NCBI GenBank assembly: GCA_903842795.1
Contig: CAIMNJ010000015.1
Location: 1-52,179, forward strand
Reading direction: 5' to 3'
DNA length: 52,179 nt
DNA from: an uncultured bacterium
GTDB taxonomy: Bacteria; Patescibacteriota; Microgenomatia; UBA1400; PJMF01
In this document: positions 8,210-18,379 of the stretch, in pieces
How positions within the stretch are numbered: the stretch's first letter is position 1
Layout of the letters: each line of letters starts with the position of its first letter
The notes under the pieces: model-generated
The model's database searches: none
What the model was told of the DNA's origin: nothing
Seen by the model: the letters and a program-made list of their open reading frames with translations, nothing else
Program-made: the position numbers and the translations under genes

Positions 8210-9221
8210 TTAAAACAGATTCCTGGCCGTTTTCATCTAAACAGCGAATGCCTACACCCACTTTGCGAGAACTAAACGTCTCACAGGTAGGGATTTCTTG
8301 GCCCTCATAAATCGAAGTAAATTTATCGCCAGATTTCATCAAATATGTGGAGTAGCCGGTACCATCAAGACTGGTGACATTAATTGCGTACACTTGATCA
8401 TTTTGTTCCCAAAGATCCATGGCTTCTCTGCCTGTTTCATTTTGAGCAAATAAAGGGAAATTTAATAAATCTAAATAAGTGGTTTTTTGCGCAGCCGAGT
8501 ATGGAGCACAAACCAAATCGATACTATAGGTGGGAATTTCATTATCAGATGAATTGACAGAAATAGCTAGCTCAAAAACCTCATCTTGTTTTTCATAAAC
8601 GGCTGTCACAGCTTCTGTCTGAAATTCTACCCCTGATTCATATAAATGATTGAGCTTGTATCCACCATTTTGTAGAGAAGCGCTGACACTGTCTTTCACA
8701 AAATCAGCCATTTGCTTTTTGCTAATTGATTCTTTTGGCATTGCTTCTAAAGAATCAACTAAGTCACCTTTTATTCCTACAAAATCTGATCCTTGCTTGA
8801 GATTATAAAAAATTGCCAAAGAATCAACAGTTCTATCAGGCTCAATTACACTTTTTTTATAATTGGCAAAAATTCCTTTTGCCAAAGCTGCTTTGGTCAA
8901 AGACACTGCCTGATCACAGCCAGCTTTCAAAACTGATTCATCAATTTTTTTAGCAATTGTTGGTGTAGCTGTTGGAGTAGGCAAGGATTGAATGTTGGCT
9001 ATTTCTTTTTTAAGCTGCATATTTTGGTAAACAAAATAACCAAGCAAAAGCACCGCAACAAAAGCCAATAAACCCAAAATTGATTTGGCAAAACTTTTCT
9101 TTGGCTTAGGTTCTTCAACTGGCTGAGCTGCAAGCGGCTCGCTTGCAGGTGGTTGACTCACAGGTGGTTGATTTTCGATTGGTTGGTTTTCTAATGTTGG
9201 TTGTGGGTTGTTTATTTCCAT
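8199..9221 (-). CDS. Membrane-anchored extracytoplasmic protein with 4 Cys
   Basis: Pro/Gln-rich N-terminus, TM, PTPT linker. Confidence 0.8.
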   Translation of the reverse strand: MEINNPQPTLENQPIENQPPVSQPPASEPLAAQPVEEPKPKKSFAKSILGLLAFVAVLLLGYFVYQNMQLKKEIANIQSLPTPTATPTIAKKIDESVLKAGCDQAVSLTKAALAKGIFANYKKSVIEPDRTVDSLAIFYNLKQGSDFVGIKGDLVDSLEAMPKESISKKQMADFVKDSVSASLQNGGYKLNHLYESGVEFQTEAVTAVYEKQDEVFELAISVNSSDNEIPTYSIDLVCAPYSAAQKTTYLDLLNFPLFAQNETGREAMDLWEQNDQVYAINVTSLDGTGYSTYLMKSGDKFTSIYEGQEIPTCETFSSRKVGVGIRCLDENGQESVLNAK

Positions 9222-9243
9222 ATTTCACCATTTATAAAAAATA

Positions 9244-9769
9244 TTATTGACAGGCCACTCCAATTTGGAATGAAGTGTTTCCTAGTCCATTTTTATTAAG
9301 TGGAATTGAGAGCTGAGGCATAACGCTTTTTAAGACAAGTTCCCCTCTTCCTCTAGTTGACTGAACAACACTATATTTGACCCCATAGGCTGCTCCTGTT
9401 TTTTGATTGTAGTTGAAATCAACAAATTGTTCAGTAATGGTCATATCACTATTAAATTTAGGAGTGAATGGCTTCACTTTTTGAGCGTAAAATTTATTAT
9501 TTTTGTACAGTTCAAAAACTACCTTATATCCAGTAGTTCCAGCGTCGCAACCTTTAGATTTCTTGGATATATTTACTTTTAAAGTTGCATTAATGGTTGG
9601 ATTGTATGAAGAAAAAGAAGCCTGCGAATCTACTGAGGTTGGTTTTTGAGAATAGATCACGATAATAGCCAAGGAAATCAAAAACAAGAGAATTCCCAAC
9701 AAACTGTATAGACCAAATTTAAACGGAGACTTAGTTTTTGAGAACAGCTTTTTTGATTTTTTTTTGCAT
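9244..9769 (-). CDS. Membrane-anchored hypothetical protein; apparent +1 frameshift in an A9 run near the start
   Basis: ATG 9769 joins ORF 9244-9702 if one A of 9757-9765 is removed (MQKKSKKLFSKTKSPFKFGLYSLLGIL). Confidence 0.6.
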
Positions 9770-9823
9770 AAACAATTTTTATACTTACATTAAGCATAGC
9801 AAAAATTGTTTCTTGCAACAATG

Positions 9824-9904
9824 TGCCCGGGAGAGGACTTGAACCTCCATGGATTGCTCCACATGCTCCTAAAACATGCGCGTCTACCATTTCGCCACCC
9901 GGGC
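9824..9904 (-). tRNA. tRNA-Leu(TAG)
   Basis: catgt-tt-TAG-ga-gcatg anticodon arm, long variable arm. Confidence 0.95.
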
Positions 9905-9954
9905 TTTCAAGTAGTGGTATTATATTTCGGACCCTATCTTTTTGCAAAGTAAAA

Positions 9955-10611
9955 ATGATGGATTACCAAATCAAAAGATCGAGCCGTTCTTTGTCTTTAC
10001 GCTTGAGTATTAATGCTCAAGGCAAAGTTGTGGTGAGTGCTCCCAAATTCATGCCAGAGTTTATGATCCGCAAGTTTGTAGAGGCACAAAAAGACTGGAT
10101 TGAAAGCAATCTGGCCAAAGTCCAAAAAAACCAAGTCAAAATCAAAACTGACGAGCTATATATTTTTGATAAAAAATATCAAGTTGTCACCAATCATAAC
10201 GCTAGTCGCATGGGCGTGCTGGTACAAGGCGAGCAAATTTTGGTCAATAATCTTTCCAAAAAAACTCCCACCAAAATTCAGCAACAAATTGAAGATTTTC
10301 TCAAGAAAACTGCCACCAAATACATTAGTACTCGCACTGCCATTCTCGCCAAGCAAATGAAAATCAAATACAAGCGCATTTCTTTACGCGAGCAGAGTAG
10401 CCGTTGGGGCAGTTGTAGTAGTCATGGCAATCTCAATTTCAACTGGCGCTTAGTGCACTATGCACCAGCCATTATTGACTATGTAATTATTCACGAACTA
10501 GCTCATCGCAAGGAAATGAATCATTCCAAGAAATTCTGGGAGATTGTCCGCGCCCACGATAGCGAATACTTAATTCACAAAGGACAGTTGCGCAAAAAAC
10601 GTTACAATTAA
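9955..10611 (+). CDS. YgjP/DUF45-type (M48/SprT-like) metallopeptidase domain protein
   Basis: SRWGSCS, LNFNWRL, IIHELAH, NHSKKFW; start trimmed to clear the tRNA. Confidence 0.9.
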   Translation: MMDYQIKRSSRSLSLRLSINAQGKVVVSAPKFMPEFMIRKFVEAQKDWIESNLAKVQKNQVKIKTDELYIFDKKYQVVTNHNASRMGVLVQGEQILVNNLSKKTPTKIQQQIEDFLKKTATKYISTRTAILAKQMKIKYKRISLREQSSRWGSCSSHGNLNFNWRLVHYAPAIIDYVIIHELAHRKEMNHSKKFWEIVRAHDSEYLIHKGQLRKKRYN

Positions 10612-10625
10612 CTAACAAGCAAAAT

Positions 10626-11312
10626 ATGTTAACTGTTATTCATGGAGACAATCAGGTCGCTTCTCGTCAAAAATTAAGTGAATTAATTGCAGCAGCCAAA
10701 AGACAAAATCATGATGTTGTTAGCTTGGAAGCAGAGAAACTTGATCGCGCCAAATTAGAAAGTACTTTGCTTTCCGACAGCCTGTTTGGAGGCAGTAAAA
10801 TCTTGGTTTTGGAAGGTTTACATTCTTTACCCAAATCAAAGAAAAAAGACGAATTAATAGATCTAATATCTTCTGCATCAATTGATATAATTTTATGGGA
10901 AAAAAAGTCCCTCACCAAAACCGATTTTAAAAAATTACCAAGCACGGTCACCACTTTTGAATTCAAAATCACTGTCAAATTATGGAATTTTTTGGACCAA
11001 CTTAGTCCAAGTCAAACTAGCAAAAAAACACAAATTAAATTATTTAGAGAGTGTGTAACAAGCGATGGCGCCGAATTTATTTTTGCCATGATCGCTCGCC
11101 AAATTCGCTTACTCATTCAAGTCAAAGAAAAGCAAACTGCCAAAATCAATCCCTACACTCTAAGCAAGTTAAACAAACAAGCGCAAGCTTTTAGCCTAGA
11201 AAAATTACTAGAAATTCATAAAAAACTTTACGAAATTGATGCTAAACAAAAGCAATCCAAAGACTTGCTTAGCCTGGACGCCGAACTTGACCTTTTGCTT
11301 TTTAATATGTAA
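10626..11312 (+). CDS. holA: Short DNA polymerase III delta subunit-like protein
   Basis: IHGDN, SDSLFG, and C-terminal LLEIHKKLYEIDAKQKQ pattern. Confidence 0.7.
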   Translation: MLTVIHGDNQVASRQKLSELIAAAKRQNHDVVSLEAEKLDRAKLESTLLSDSLFGGSKILVLEGLHSLPKSKKKDELIDLISSASIDIILWEKKSLTKTDFKKLPSTVTTFEFKITVKLWNFLDQLSPSQTSKKTQIKLFRECVTSDGAEFIFAMIARQIRLLIQVKEKQTAKINPYTLSKLNKQAQAFSLEKLLEIHKKLYEIDAKQKQSKDLLSLDAELDLLLFNM

Positions 11313-11356
11313 ATTAGCGTAGCCCAATGAAAATTGAGTAACAGAAAGGTTAGTTT

Positions 11357-12778
11357 ATGTACAACATTGTAAAAAGTATCAACCCCAATATCTTCCGCGG
11401 TTACGACATTCGTGGCGTCATCGATGAAGATCTCAATGATGATGTCTATTACACTCTTGGCCGAGCCTATGCCACTTTTCTTACTCAAAGAAGAATCAAA
11501 GAAGCTGCTGTGGGTCGAGACAATCGCCGTAATGGTGAAGCCTATGCCAAAGCAGTCATTGCCGGTTTGAATGATGGCGGTATCGATACCATCGACATTG
11601 GTCTTAGCCTGAGTCAAATCGTCTATTATTCTTCCTACGAATACAAAACCAAGGGTGGAGTAATGATTTCTGCCTCTCACAATCCAGGCAATTTCAATGG
11701 TCTCAAATTAAGTGTTGGTTATTCTGACACCATGATCACTGAGGAAATTTTGGAAATGCGTGACATTGCTGCCAAGGGCGTTTTTAGCGAAGGCCATGGC
11801 ACAAACCGCCAAGATGATATTTTTCCAGCTTATTTGAAAACTTTACTCAAGCTCTTTTCCCTCAAGAAAAAGTGGAAAATTGTGGTCGATACCTGCACCG
11901 CCACCGGTGGCATGTTCTATCCAGAAATCTTCCGTCAAGCCGGTTGTGAAGTAATTGAACAAAACACCAATCTGGACAGCACTTATCCACTCGGTGATCC
12001 AGATCCAACCGAGAGCAAAGTCCTCGAGCGTTTGGCTGCCGGCGTCAAAGCCGCAGGCGCTGACCTTGGTTTCGCTTTTGATGCTGACGGCGATCGCATG
12101 TCAGTCGTTGACGATCAAGGCCAAATCCTCTGGATGGATGTGATTGTGGCTCTTTTTGCCAAAGATGTCCTTGAAACCATGCCAGGATCACCAATTGTTT
12201 ACAACACCCTCTGTTCCAGACAAGTGACTGAGAGCATTGTCGCCGCCGGCGGCAAGCCAGTCATGTGGTTAACCGGTCATTCTTTCATCAAAGCCAAAGT
12301 CAAAGAAGCCAGATCCCCATTCGGCGGCGAACTTTCTGGGCATATCTTCTTTATGGATAATTTCTTTGGTCACGATGACGGGGCTTATGCTTGTCTGCGC
12401 CTCTTGTCTTATCTCGAGAGAAAAGACCAAAAGCTCAGTCAATTAGTTGCTCAATTGCCAAAATATATCAGTAGTCCAGAAATCAAATTTGGCTTGGCTG
12501 ATGAGATTAAATTTAAATTCATCGCTGAAGTAATCACTGCTGAATTCAAGAGCAATTGGCCAGAAGCAGAGTACATCGATATTGACGGTATCAGAATGGA
12601 TATGCCAGATCAAATGGCCATCATTCGCGCCTCACAAAACGGCCCTTATGCTACCGTCAAATTTGAAGCCAAAACTCAAGAAGGCTATGATGCTCTCAAA
12701 ACAACCATCAAAGGCATTTTGAGTAAATACAAAGAGATTGACCTACAAAAAGGCACCAATACTCACGCCTTGGACTAG
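11357..12778 (+). CDS. Phosphomannomutase/phosphoglucomutase
   Basis: FRGYDIRG, SASHNP, FDADGDR, GELSGH. Confidence 0.95.
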   Translation: MYNIVKSINPNIFRGYDIRGVIDEDLNDDVYYTLGRAYATFLTQRRIKEAAVGRDNRRNGEAYAKAVIAGLNDGGIDTIDIGLSLSQIVYYSSYEYKTKGGVMISASHNPGNFNGLKLSVGYSDTMITEEILEMRDIAAKGVFSEGHGTNRQDDIFPAYLKTLLKLFSLKKKWKIVVDTCTATGGMFYPEIFRQAGCEVIEQNTNLDSTYPLGDPDPTESKVLERLAAGVKAAGADLGFAFDADGDRMSVVDDQGQILWMDVIVALFAKDVLETMPGSPIVYNTLCSRQVTESIVAAGGKPVMWLTGHSFIKAKVKEARSPFGGELSGHIFFMDNFFGHDDGAYACLRLLSYLERKDQKLSQLVAQLPKYISSPEIKFGLADEIKFKFIAEVITAEFKSNWPEAEYIDIDGIRMDMPDQMAIIRASQNGPYATVKFEAKTQEGYDALKTTIKGILSKYKEIDLQKGTNTHALD

Positions 12779-12825
12779 GCTGTTATTTATTGAACAAACT
12801 ACTTAATTAAATAAAGAAAGGTTTT

Positions 12826-13902
12826 ATGTCGCTAACTGCTGTTTTAGATAATCGTGCTGCCATTAAAGAAATTGATCCAGACGGCGCCCTCGCCTCCGCC
12901 GAGAGCATCGCTGATCAAGTTCGCCAAGTTTGGGAAGAAAAAGATTCCATTGATGTCAGTGCTTACAAAAATGTCAGAAACATTGTCGTGGCTGGCATGG
13001 GCGGCTCTGCTCTTGGGGCTGACCTAGTCCGCCATCTCTACAAAGATGAACTGCCAGTTTCTATGGAAATCTGCAAAGACTACGATTTGCCCAATTATGT
13101 TGGCAAAGACACTCTAGTCATCTTGTCTAGTTACTCTGGTAGTACCGAAGAAACTATCAGTTGCGCCGCCCAAGCCAAAGAAAAAGAAGCGATGATTGCC
13201 ATCATCACTTCTGGTAGTAAGCTCGCTGCGCTCGCTAAAGAGAAGAATTATCCAAGCTATATCATCAATCCCAAAGCCAACCCCTCCAATCAGCCTCGCA
13301 TGGCCACTGCTTACAATGTCATGGCTATTTTGATGATGTTAAGCAAACTCAAATTGATTAAATTTGAGCAAGAAGACTACGAACAGATCCTTAACGCAAT
13401 CGAGAAAACCACTCAAAATAATTTGGTCGAAGTTGCTCAAGACAAGAACCAAGCCAAACTACTGGCCTACATGATCCTCGAGCGTCGTCCCATTTTGGTT
13501 GGCGCCGCCTTTTTGGAAGGAGCCCTCCACATCGGCGCCAACCAATTCAACGAAAATGCCAAGTCATATGCCGACTACAAAGTCATCCCAGAAATTAATC
13601 ATCACCTCATGGAAGGCTTAACTTTTCCAAAAAGCAATCCCATGAATCATTTTTTTGTCTTTTTCCAATCTGACCTCTATAGAAAGGAGATACAAAAAAG
13701 AATTAGCCTAACTCAAAAAGCAGTTGAAAAAAGTGGTATTGAGGTCATGGAAATTCAACTTGTTTCGGAAACCAAATTGATGCAAGTTTTTGAATTACTG
13801 ACTTTGACAACTTTTACTAATTTGTATCTAGCTTATCTGGAAGGAACCAATCCTTGTCCCATTCCCGTGGTTGATTGGTTCAAAGCAGAACTAGAAAAGT
13901 AA
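12826..13902 (+). CDS. Bifunctional phosphoglucose/phosphomannose isomerase (SIS)
   Basis: GMGGSALG, SYSGSTEET, QPRMA, NENAK, PEINHH. Confidence 0.92.
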   Translation: MSLTAVLDNRAAIKEIDPDGALASAESIADQVRQVWEEKDSIDVSAYKNVRNIVVAGMGGSALGADLVRHLYKDELPVSMEICKDYDLPNYVGKDTLVILSSYSGSTEETISCAAQAKEKEAMIAIITSGSKLAALAKEKNYPSYIINPKANPSNQPRMATAYNVMAILMMLSKLKLIKFEQEDYEQILNAIEKTTQNNLVEVAQDKNQAKLLAYMILERRPILVGAAFLEGALHIGANQFNENAKSYADYKVIPEINHHLMEGLTFPKSNPMNHFFVFFQSDLYRKEIQKRISLTQKAVEKSGIEVMEIQLVSETKLMQVFELLTLTTFTNLYLAYLEGTNPCPIPVVDWFKAELEK

Positions 13903-13933
13903 TTAGCAATTCTTTATACTAAACACTGCAAAT

Positions 13934-15190
13934 ATGGCCTTAATCTATGCTCTACAAGCACGAGAGATTCTTGATGGTCGTGGTTGGCCCACGATCGAGC
14001 TTGTCTTGTGGCTAGATAATGGCTTTTCCACCATCACCACTGTTCCGACAGCCGTCTCCAAAGGTGATCACGATTCGGTGGAGCTACGCGATAATGACCA
14101 ACGTATGGCTGGATTGGGTGTGCAAAAAGCTATTGATAATATCAATCAGATCATTGCTCCCAAACTAATTGGTAAAGAAGTCCTCAAACAAAGAGATATT
14201 GATCAATTATTAATCGATTTGGACGGGACTGCCACCAAAAACAAACTTGGCTCTAATGCCATTTTGGCTGTTTCTCAAGCTGTCCTCAAGGCTGGAGCTT
14301 TAAGTGTCGGTTTGCCTTTATATCAATATATCCAGAAAAAATACCAGTTAGTGAGTGAAATTAGTATGCCTAATTTGATTATCACTGCCTTGGATGGAGG
14401 AGCACATGGTGGGCGCAATTTAGATTTCCGCGAATTTTTTGTCATTCCTGCCAGTCACATGTCAACTGATAAGGCTGTTGAAATGGGCGTGGTACTCAAA
14501 CAAAAACTTGAGGAACTATTGATTAGTAAAGGGGCCATTCATTCAGTCGGCATCACTGGAGGATATAGCCCCAATCTTTACAAAAATGTTGATGCTTTTG
14601 AACTGATGATCGAGGCTATTCGCCAGAGTCCATACAACTTTGCTCAAGACCTTTTCTTTGGTCTCAATGCTGCCGCTTATGATATTTATGAAGCTGGCAA
14701 ATATCGTGTTCGTGACAACAATGAAGGCATGAGTACTAATGATGTGATCAATCTTTACAAAAAAATGCGCGAAAATTACAAGCTAATTTATCTAGAGGAC
14801 CCTTTAATTGAGAGCGAAACCGGCAAGTGGGAAGAATTGATGCGTGAAATTGGCAAAACTACCACTATTGCTGCCTGCAACAGTGTCTCTTCTAGAGCTT
14901 CATACATCAGTAGCGGAGCCAAGAATCTAGACTTTAACGCTGTCGTCATCAAGCCTAAACACTTAGGCACTATTAGTGAAACCATGGAGAGTATCAAGCT
15001 CATCAAAGATTCTAAACTCGATCTAATCATCTCTCACAGCAGTGGCGAAACCAATGAAACCTTGATTGTTGACTTGGCAGTGGCGGTTGGTGCCAACTAT
15101 GTCAAATTCGGCCCCATCAATCGTGGCGAACGCGTGGCTAAATATAACCGTCTCTTAGAAATTTATCGCGAAACTAGACCTACTGCCTAA
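13934..15190 (+). CDS. Enolase-like protein with several catalytic residues substituted
   Basis: Full enolase layout (AREILDGRG, LGSNAIL, ERVAKYNRLL) but GITGG, AACN and SHSSGE replace GDEGG, GDD and SHRSGE. Confidence 0.85.
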   Translation: MALIYALQAREILDGRGWPTIELVLWLDNGFSTITTVPTAVSKGDHDSVELRDNDQRMAGLGVQKAIDNINQIIAPKLIGKEVLKQRDIDQLLIDLDGTATKNKLGSNAILAVSQAVLKAGALSVGLPLYQYIQKKYQLVSEISMPNLIITALDGGAHGGRNLDFREFFVIPASHMSTDKAVEMGVVLKQKLEELLISKGAIHSVGITGGYSPNLYKNVDAFELMIEAIRQSPYNFAQDLFFGLNAAAYDIYEAGKYRVRDNNEGMSTNDVINLYKKMRENYKLIYLEDPLIESETGKWEELMREIGKTTTIAACNSVSSRASYISSGAKNLDFNAVVIKPKHLGTISETMESIKLIKDSKLDLIISHSSGETNETLIVDLAVAVGANYVKFGPINRGERVAKYNRLLEIYRETRPTA

Positions 15191-15293
15191 AAAGGCGAAA
15201 ATTACCCGTTGACCTTTGTCTTTTTTTCGTTTATTTTATGGTTAATCTTCGTTATTTTATTTAATAATTTTTGTAACGAAAAAAGGATCACCT

Positions 15294-15914
15294 ATGGCCG
15301 TCACTCTCTACAAAAGACAGCGTCAAATTGTCGACTATATCGCTCAATATGTGCAGAAGAATGGCTATTCTCCCACACTCAAAGAAATCGCTGATTCTAT
15401 TGGCGTTTCTTCTCTCGCCACTATTCATGAGCATTTGCAGGCCCTAGAGCGCAAGAGAGTGATCCGCAAACACGAAGGAGCAGTTCGTGGCATCGAGCTT
15501 GTTGATCGTACTTTTCTCAATATTACCGATAGCGTTGATTTGCCATTTCTTGGCTTCATCGCTGCTGGTTCACCCATCGAGCCTCACACCGATCCCAATG
15601 CTAGTTTCAAGGTCTCCCCAGAGATGATCACTGGCAAAAAGCGTGCTTATGTCCTTCAAGTTCGTGGCAAATCCATGATTGAAGATCACATTGATGACGG
15701 TGATTACGTGGTAATTGAGGAAACTCCAGAGGTTAGTAATGGTGATATTGTCGTTGCTTTGCTCGACAATGGTCTAGCTACCCTCAAGAGATTTTACAAA
15801 GAAGTCACTCGTATTCGTTTAGAACCCGCCAATTCCAGCATGAGCCCAATCTATGCCACCAATGTTCAAATTCAAGGCAGAGTAGTGGGCTTGATTCGCA
15901 AGTTTAGATACTAA
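15294..15914 (+). CDS. lexA: SOS repressor LexA
   Basis: N-terminal wHTH, IAAG cleavage site, GKSM Ser and TLKR Lys. Confidence 0.96.
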   Translation: MAVTLYKRQRQIVDYIAQYVQKNGYSPTLKEIADSIGVSSLATIHEHLQALERKRVIRKHEGAVRGIELVDRTFLNITDSVDLPFLGFIAAGSPIEPHTDPNASFKVSPEMITGKKRAYVLQVRGKSMIEDHIDDGDYVVIEETPEVSNGDIVVALLDNGLATLKRFYKEVTRIRLEPANSSMSPIYATNVQIQGRVVGLIRKFRY

Positions 15915-15928
15915 ACCACTATGGGGTT

Positions 15929-16498
15929 TTAAGGGGTAAATTCTGTCTCTTCTATCTTGAGTTCTTCATTAATCCAAGTGCGAAGAGTATAGAGGTAGTC
16001 AGAGGTTCTATTTACAAATTTAAGAATTACCTCGCGCACATCTCTTTCATTATCTAGAGTCACAATGCGACGTTCCAAACGGCGACAAATAGTTCTTGAT
16101 AAATCGAGAAAAGCACTAATTTCTGAGCCGCCAGGTAAGACAAATTTATAGTGCCAATTCTCACCCAAATCATTTTGGAGCAGGTCAATTTCTTTTTCCA
16201 AAAGTTCCACAAAATCATCGCTCAATTTGACTTTGGGGGAGGCGGCCACCTCAGCCCCAAGTTTGAAGAGTTCATTTTGCAAGGCGAGGAGGAGTTTTTT
16301 TTGGGTGGCAAAAAGAGTGGTGTTAGTCACCACAGAAGCTGCCGCCTCCAATTTCAAAACAACCAGACTCAAACTTGCATTAAATTCATCTAAAGTCCCC
16401 AAAACCTCAAAAACTAAGCTATTTTTTGGTAGACGTTCACCATTGATAAGAGCTGTTTTACCTTGGTCGCCAGTTTTTGTGTAGATTTTCTTTACCAT
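15929..16498 (-). CDS. PduO-type ATP:cob(I)alamin adenosyltransferase
   Basis: KIYTKTGDQG, GTLDE, FVLPGG, RTICRRLER, NRTSDYL. Confidence 0.9.
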   Translation of the reverse strand: MVKKIYTKTGDQGKTALINGERLPKNSLVFEVLGTLDEFNASLSLVVLKLEAAASVVTNTTLFATQKKLLLALQNELFKLGAEVAASPKVKLSDDFVELLEKEIDLLQNDLGENWHYKFVLPGGSEISAFLDLSRTICRRLERRIVTLDNERDVREVILKFVNRTSDYLYTLRTWINEELKIEETEFTP

Positions 16499-16585
16499 AT
16501 GGCTTCATATTAGCACTGACTACAGGTAAGTGCAAAAATTAGTACTATCAAAATTCGAGACTCCCGCTTAGAATAAAATCCCGTA

Positions 16586-18298
16586 ATGATAGACATACGC
16601 GGGTTCCTCAAACAAACAACAAATGGTAAAAAATCGACCAAATACATCTTCGTCTCTGGAGGCGTGCTTTCTGGTCTGGGAAAAGGTGTCACAGCTGCTT
16701 CGCTTGGAGTCTTACTCAAAGAGCAGGGCTACAATGTTGCCAATATCAAGTGTGAGAATTATCTCAATTTGGATTCTGGCAATATCAACCCTGTCGAACA
16801 CGGTGATGTTTTCTTGTGCGAGGACGGCTTGGAAGCCGATCTTGATCTAGGTTCTTATGAGAGATTTTTGGGCCGTGAGGTCGGGTTCAAGAACTTCACC
16901 ACCATGGGTCAGATCTACACCACTGTCATCGAGCGCACCAAAAACCTCGAGTACGGCGGTGCCACTGTAGACGCCATTCCTTATGTCCCAGAAGAGGTGA
17001 TTCGTCGTATTCGTGAAGCTGCGCTTGGTTATGACATTGTTTTGATCGAGCTTGGCGGCACCGCTGGTGAATATCAGAACATTGTCTACTATGAGGCTTA
17101 CCGCATCATGAAAATGACCTTGCCACAAGATGTGATTTTATTGCATGTCACTTATTTTCCCGCTCCTTCCCACATTAACGAGCTCAAGTCCAAACCCACC
17201 CAGCTTTCCGTCAAAGCTCTGAATTCCATGGGTATTCAGCCAGATTTCATTGTTGGGCGTGGGGAATTGGAAATCGATGAGAAGCGCAAAGAAAAAGTTG
17301 CTTACTTTTGTACCATGAACCAGGAGGACATCATTTCCAATCCTGATTGCAAATCCATCTATGAGATTCCTTTGCTTTTTGATAAACAAGATTTTTCTCA
17401 GAAAGTTCTTAAGAAGCTTGGACTTAAGTCTAAGAAAATTACTTTGACCGCGTGGCGTGCTATGGTTGAAAACATTTATTCTAAGAAAGAGAATAAGGTC
17501 AAAATCGGCATTATTGCTAAATACATTGCAACTGGCGATTACGAACTTAAAGATTCCTATACTTCACTTTTGGAGTCCATTAATCATTCTTCATGGCATG
17601 AAAAGATCGAAGTCGAAATTGTTTTCATTAATGCTGAAAGTCTTGAGAAAAAAGACGCCACTTCTCTTGCCAGTCTAAAAGAATTAGATGGTATCATCGT
17701 GCCGATTGGTTGGGGTGCCAGAGGAGTAGAGGGCAAGATCGAAGCTATCCGTTATGCTCGTGAACATAAAATCCCATACCTTGGTCTTTGTTATGGTATG
17801 CAGCTTGCCTCTGTCGAGTTTGCTCGTAATGTTGTCGGCCTAACCGACGCCAACACTGAAGAAGTCGATAAAGACGCTAAATACCAGATCATTCACTCAA
17901 TTCCTTTTGATCCAAAGTACCAAAAGATCAAGGGCGATGGTGCTAGTATGAGATTGGGAGCTTATGACTGCGTGCTCAAGCCTGGCACTCTAGCTCATGA
18001 GATCTACACCAAACACAATGCTTTCAAAGAAGCCAAGAAAAATCTCATTTCTGAGCGTCATCGTCATCGTTATGAGTTTAATAACCAATATCGCCAAGCT
18101 TTGGAAGAGAAGGGCTTTGTCATTTCTGGCACCAGTCCAGACGACTTTTTTGTCGAAATGATTGAGTTGCCAAGAGAAATTCATCCTTTCTTCTTGGCTA
18201 CTCAAGCTCATCCAGAATATAAATCTGCTCCGCTCAAGCCACACCCAATCTTCATCGAGTACTTGAAGGCTATCTGGGCAGAAAAAAAGAAAAAGTAA
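16586..18298 (+). CDS. pyrG: CTP synthase
   Basis: GGVLSGLGKG, KSKPTQ, GLCYGMQ, ERHRHRYE, QAHPE. Confidence 0.97.
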   Translation: MIDIRGFLKQTTNGKKSTKYIFVSGGVLSGLGKGVTAASLGVLLKEQGYNVANIKCENYLNLDSGNINPVEHGDVFLCEDGLEADLDLGSYERFLGREVGFKNFTTMGQIYTTVIERTKNLEYGGATVDAIPYVPEEVIRRIREAALGYDIVLIELGGTAGEYQNIVYYEAYRIMKMTLPQDVILLHVTYFPAPSHINELKSKPTQLSVKALNSMGIQPDFIVGRGELEIDEKRKEKVAYFCTMNQEDIISNPDCKSIYEIPLLFDKQDFSQKVLKKLGLKSKKITLTAWRAMVENIYSKKENKVKIGIIAKYIATGDYELKDSYTSLLESINHSSWHEKIEVEIVFINAESLEKKDATSLASLKELDGIIVPIGWGARGVEGKIEAIRYAREHKIPYLGLCYGMQLASVEFARNVVGLTDANTEEVDKDAKYQIIHSIPFDPKYQKIKGDGASMRLGAYDCVLKPGTLAHEIYTKHNAFKEAKKNLISERHRHRYEFNNQYRQALEEKGFVISGTSPDDFFVEMIELPREIHPFFLATQAHPEYKSAPLKPHPIFIEYLKAIWAEKKKK

Positions 18299-18379
18299 TT
18301 CTATAGGTGACCAAAATTGAGATATATTGTTTTTGACCTTGTACTTTTCTGATTTCCTTTGGTACAATACTCGCTTGTT

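Noticed and set aside
9821-9851. 31-bp identity with 46648-46678 as attL/attR of a 37-kb element
   Set aside because: Both are complete tRNA-Leu isoacceptors, the interval holds core genes, and there is no integrase.
9678-9954. ORF 9678-9947 and the N-terminal extension of ORF 9823-10611
   Set aside because: Both overlap tRNA-Leu(TAG).
15929-16498. PduO as evidence of cobalamin synthesis
   Set aside because: Stand-alone gene with no other cob genes in the window.
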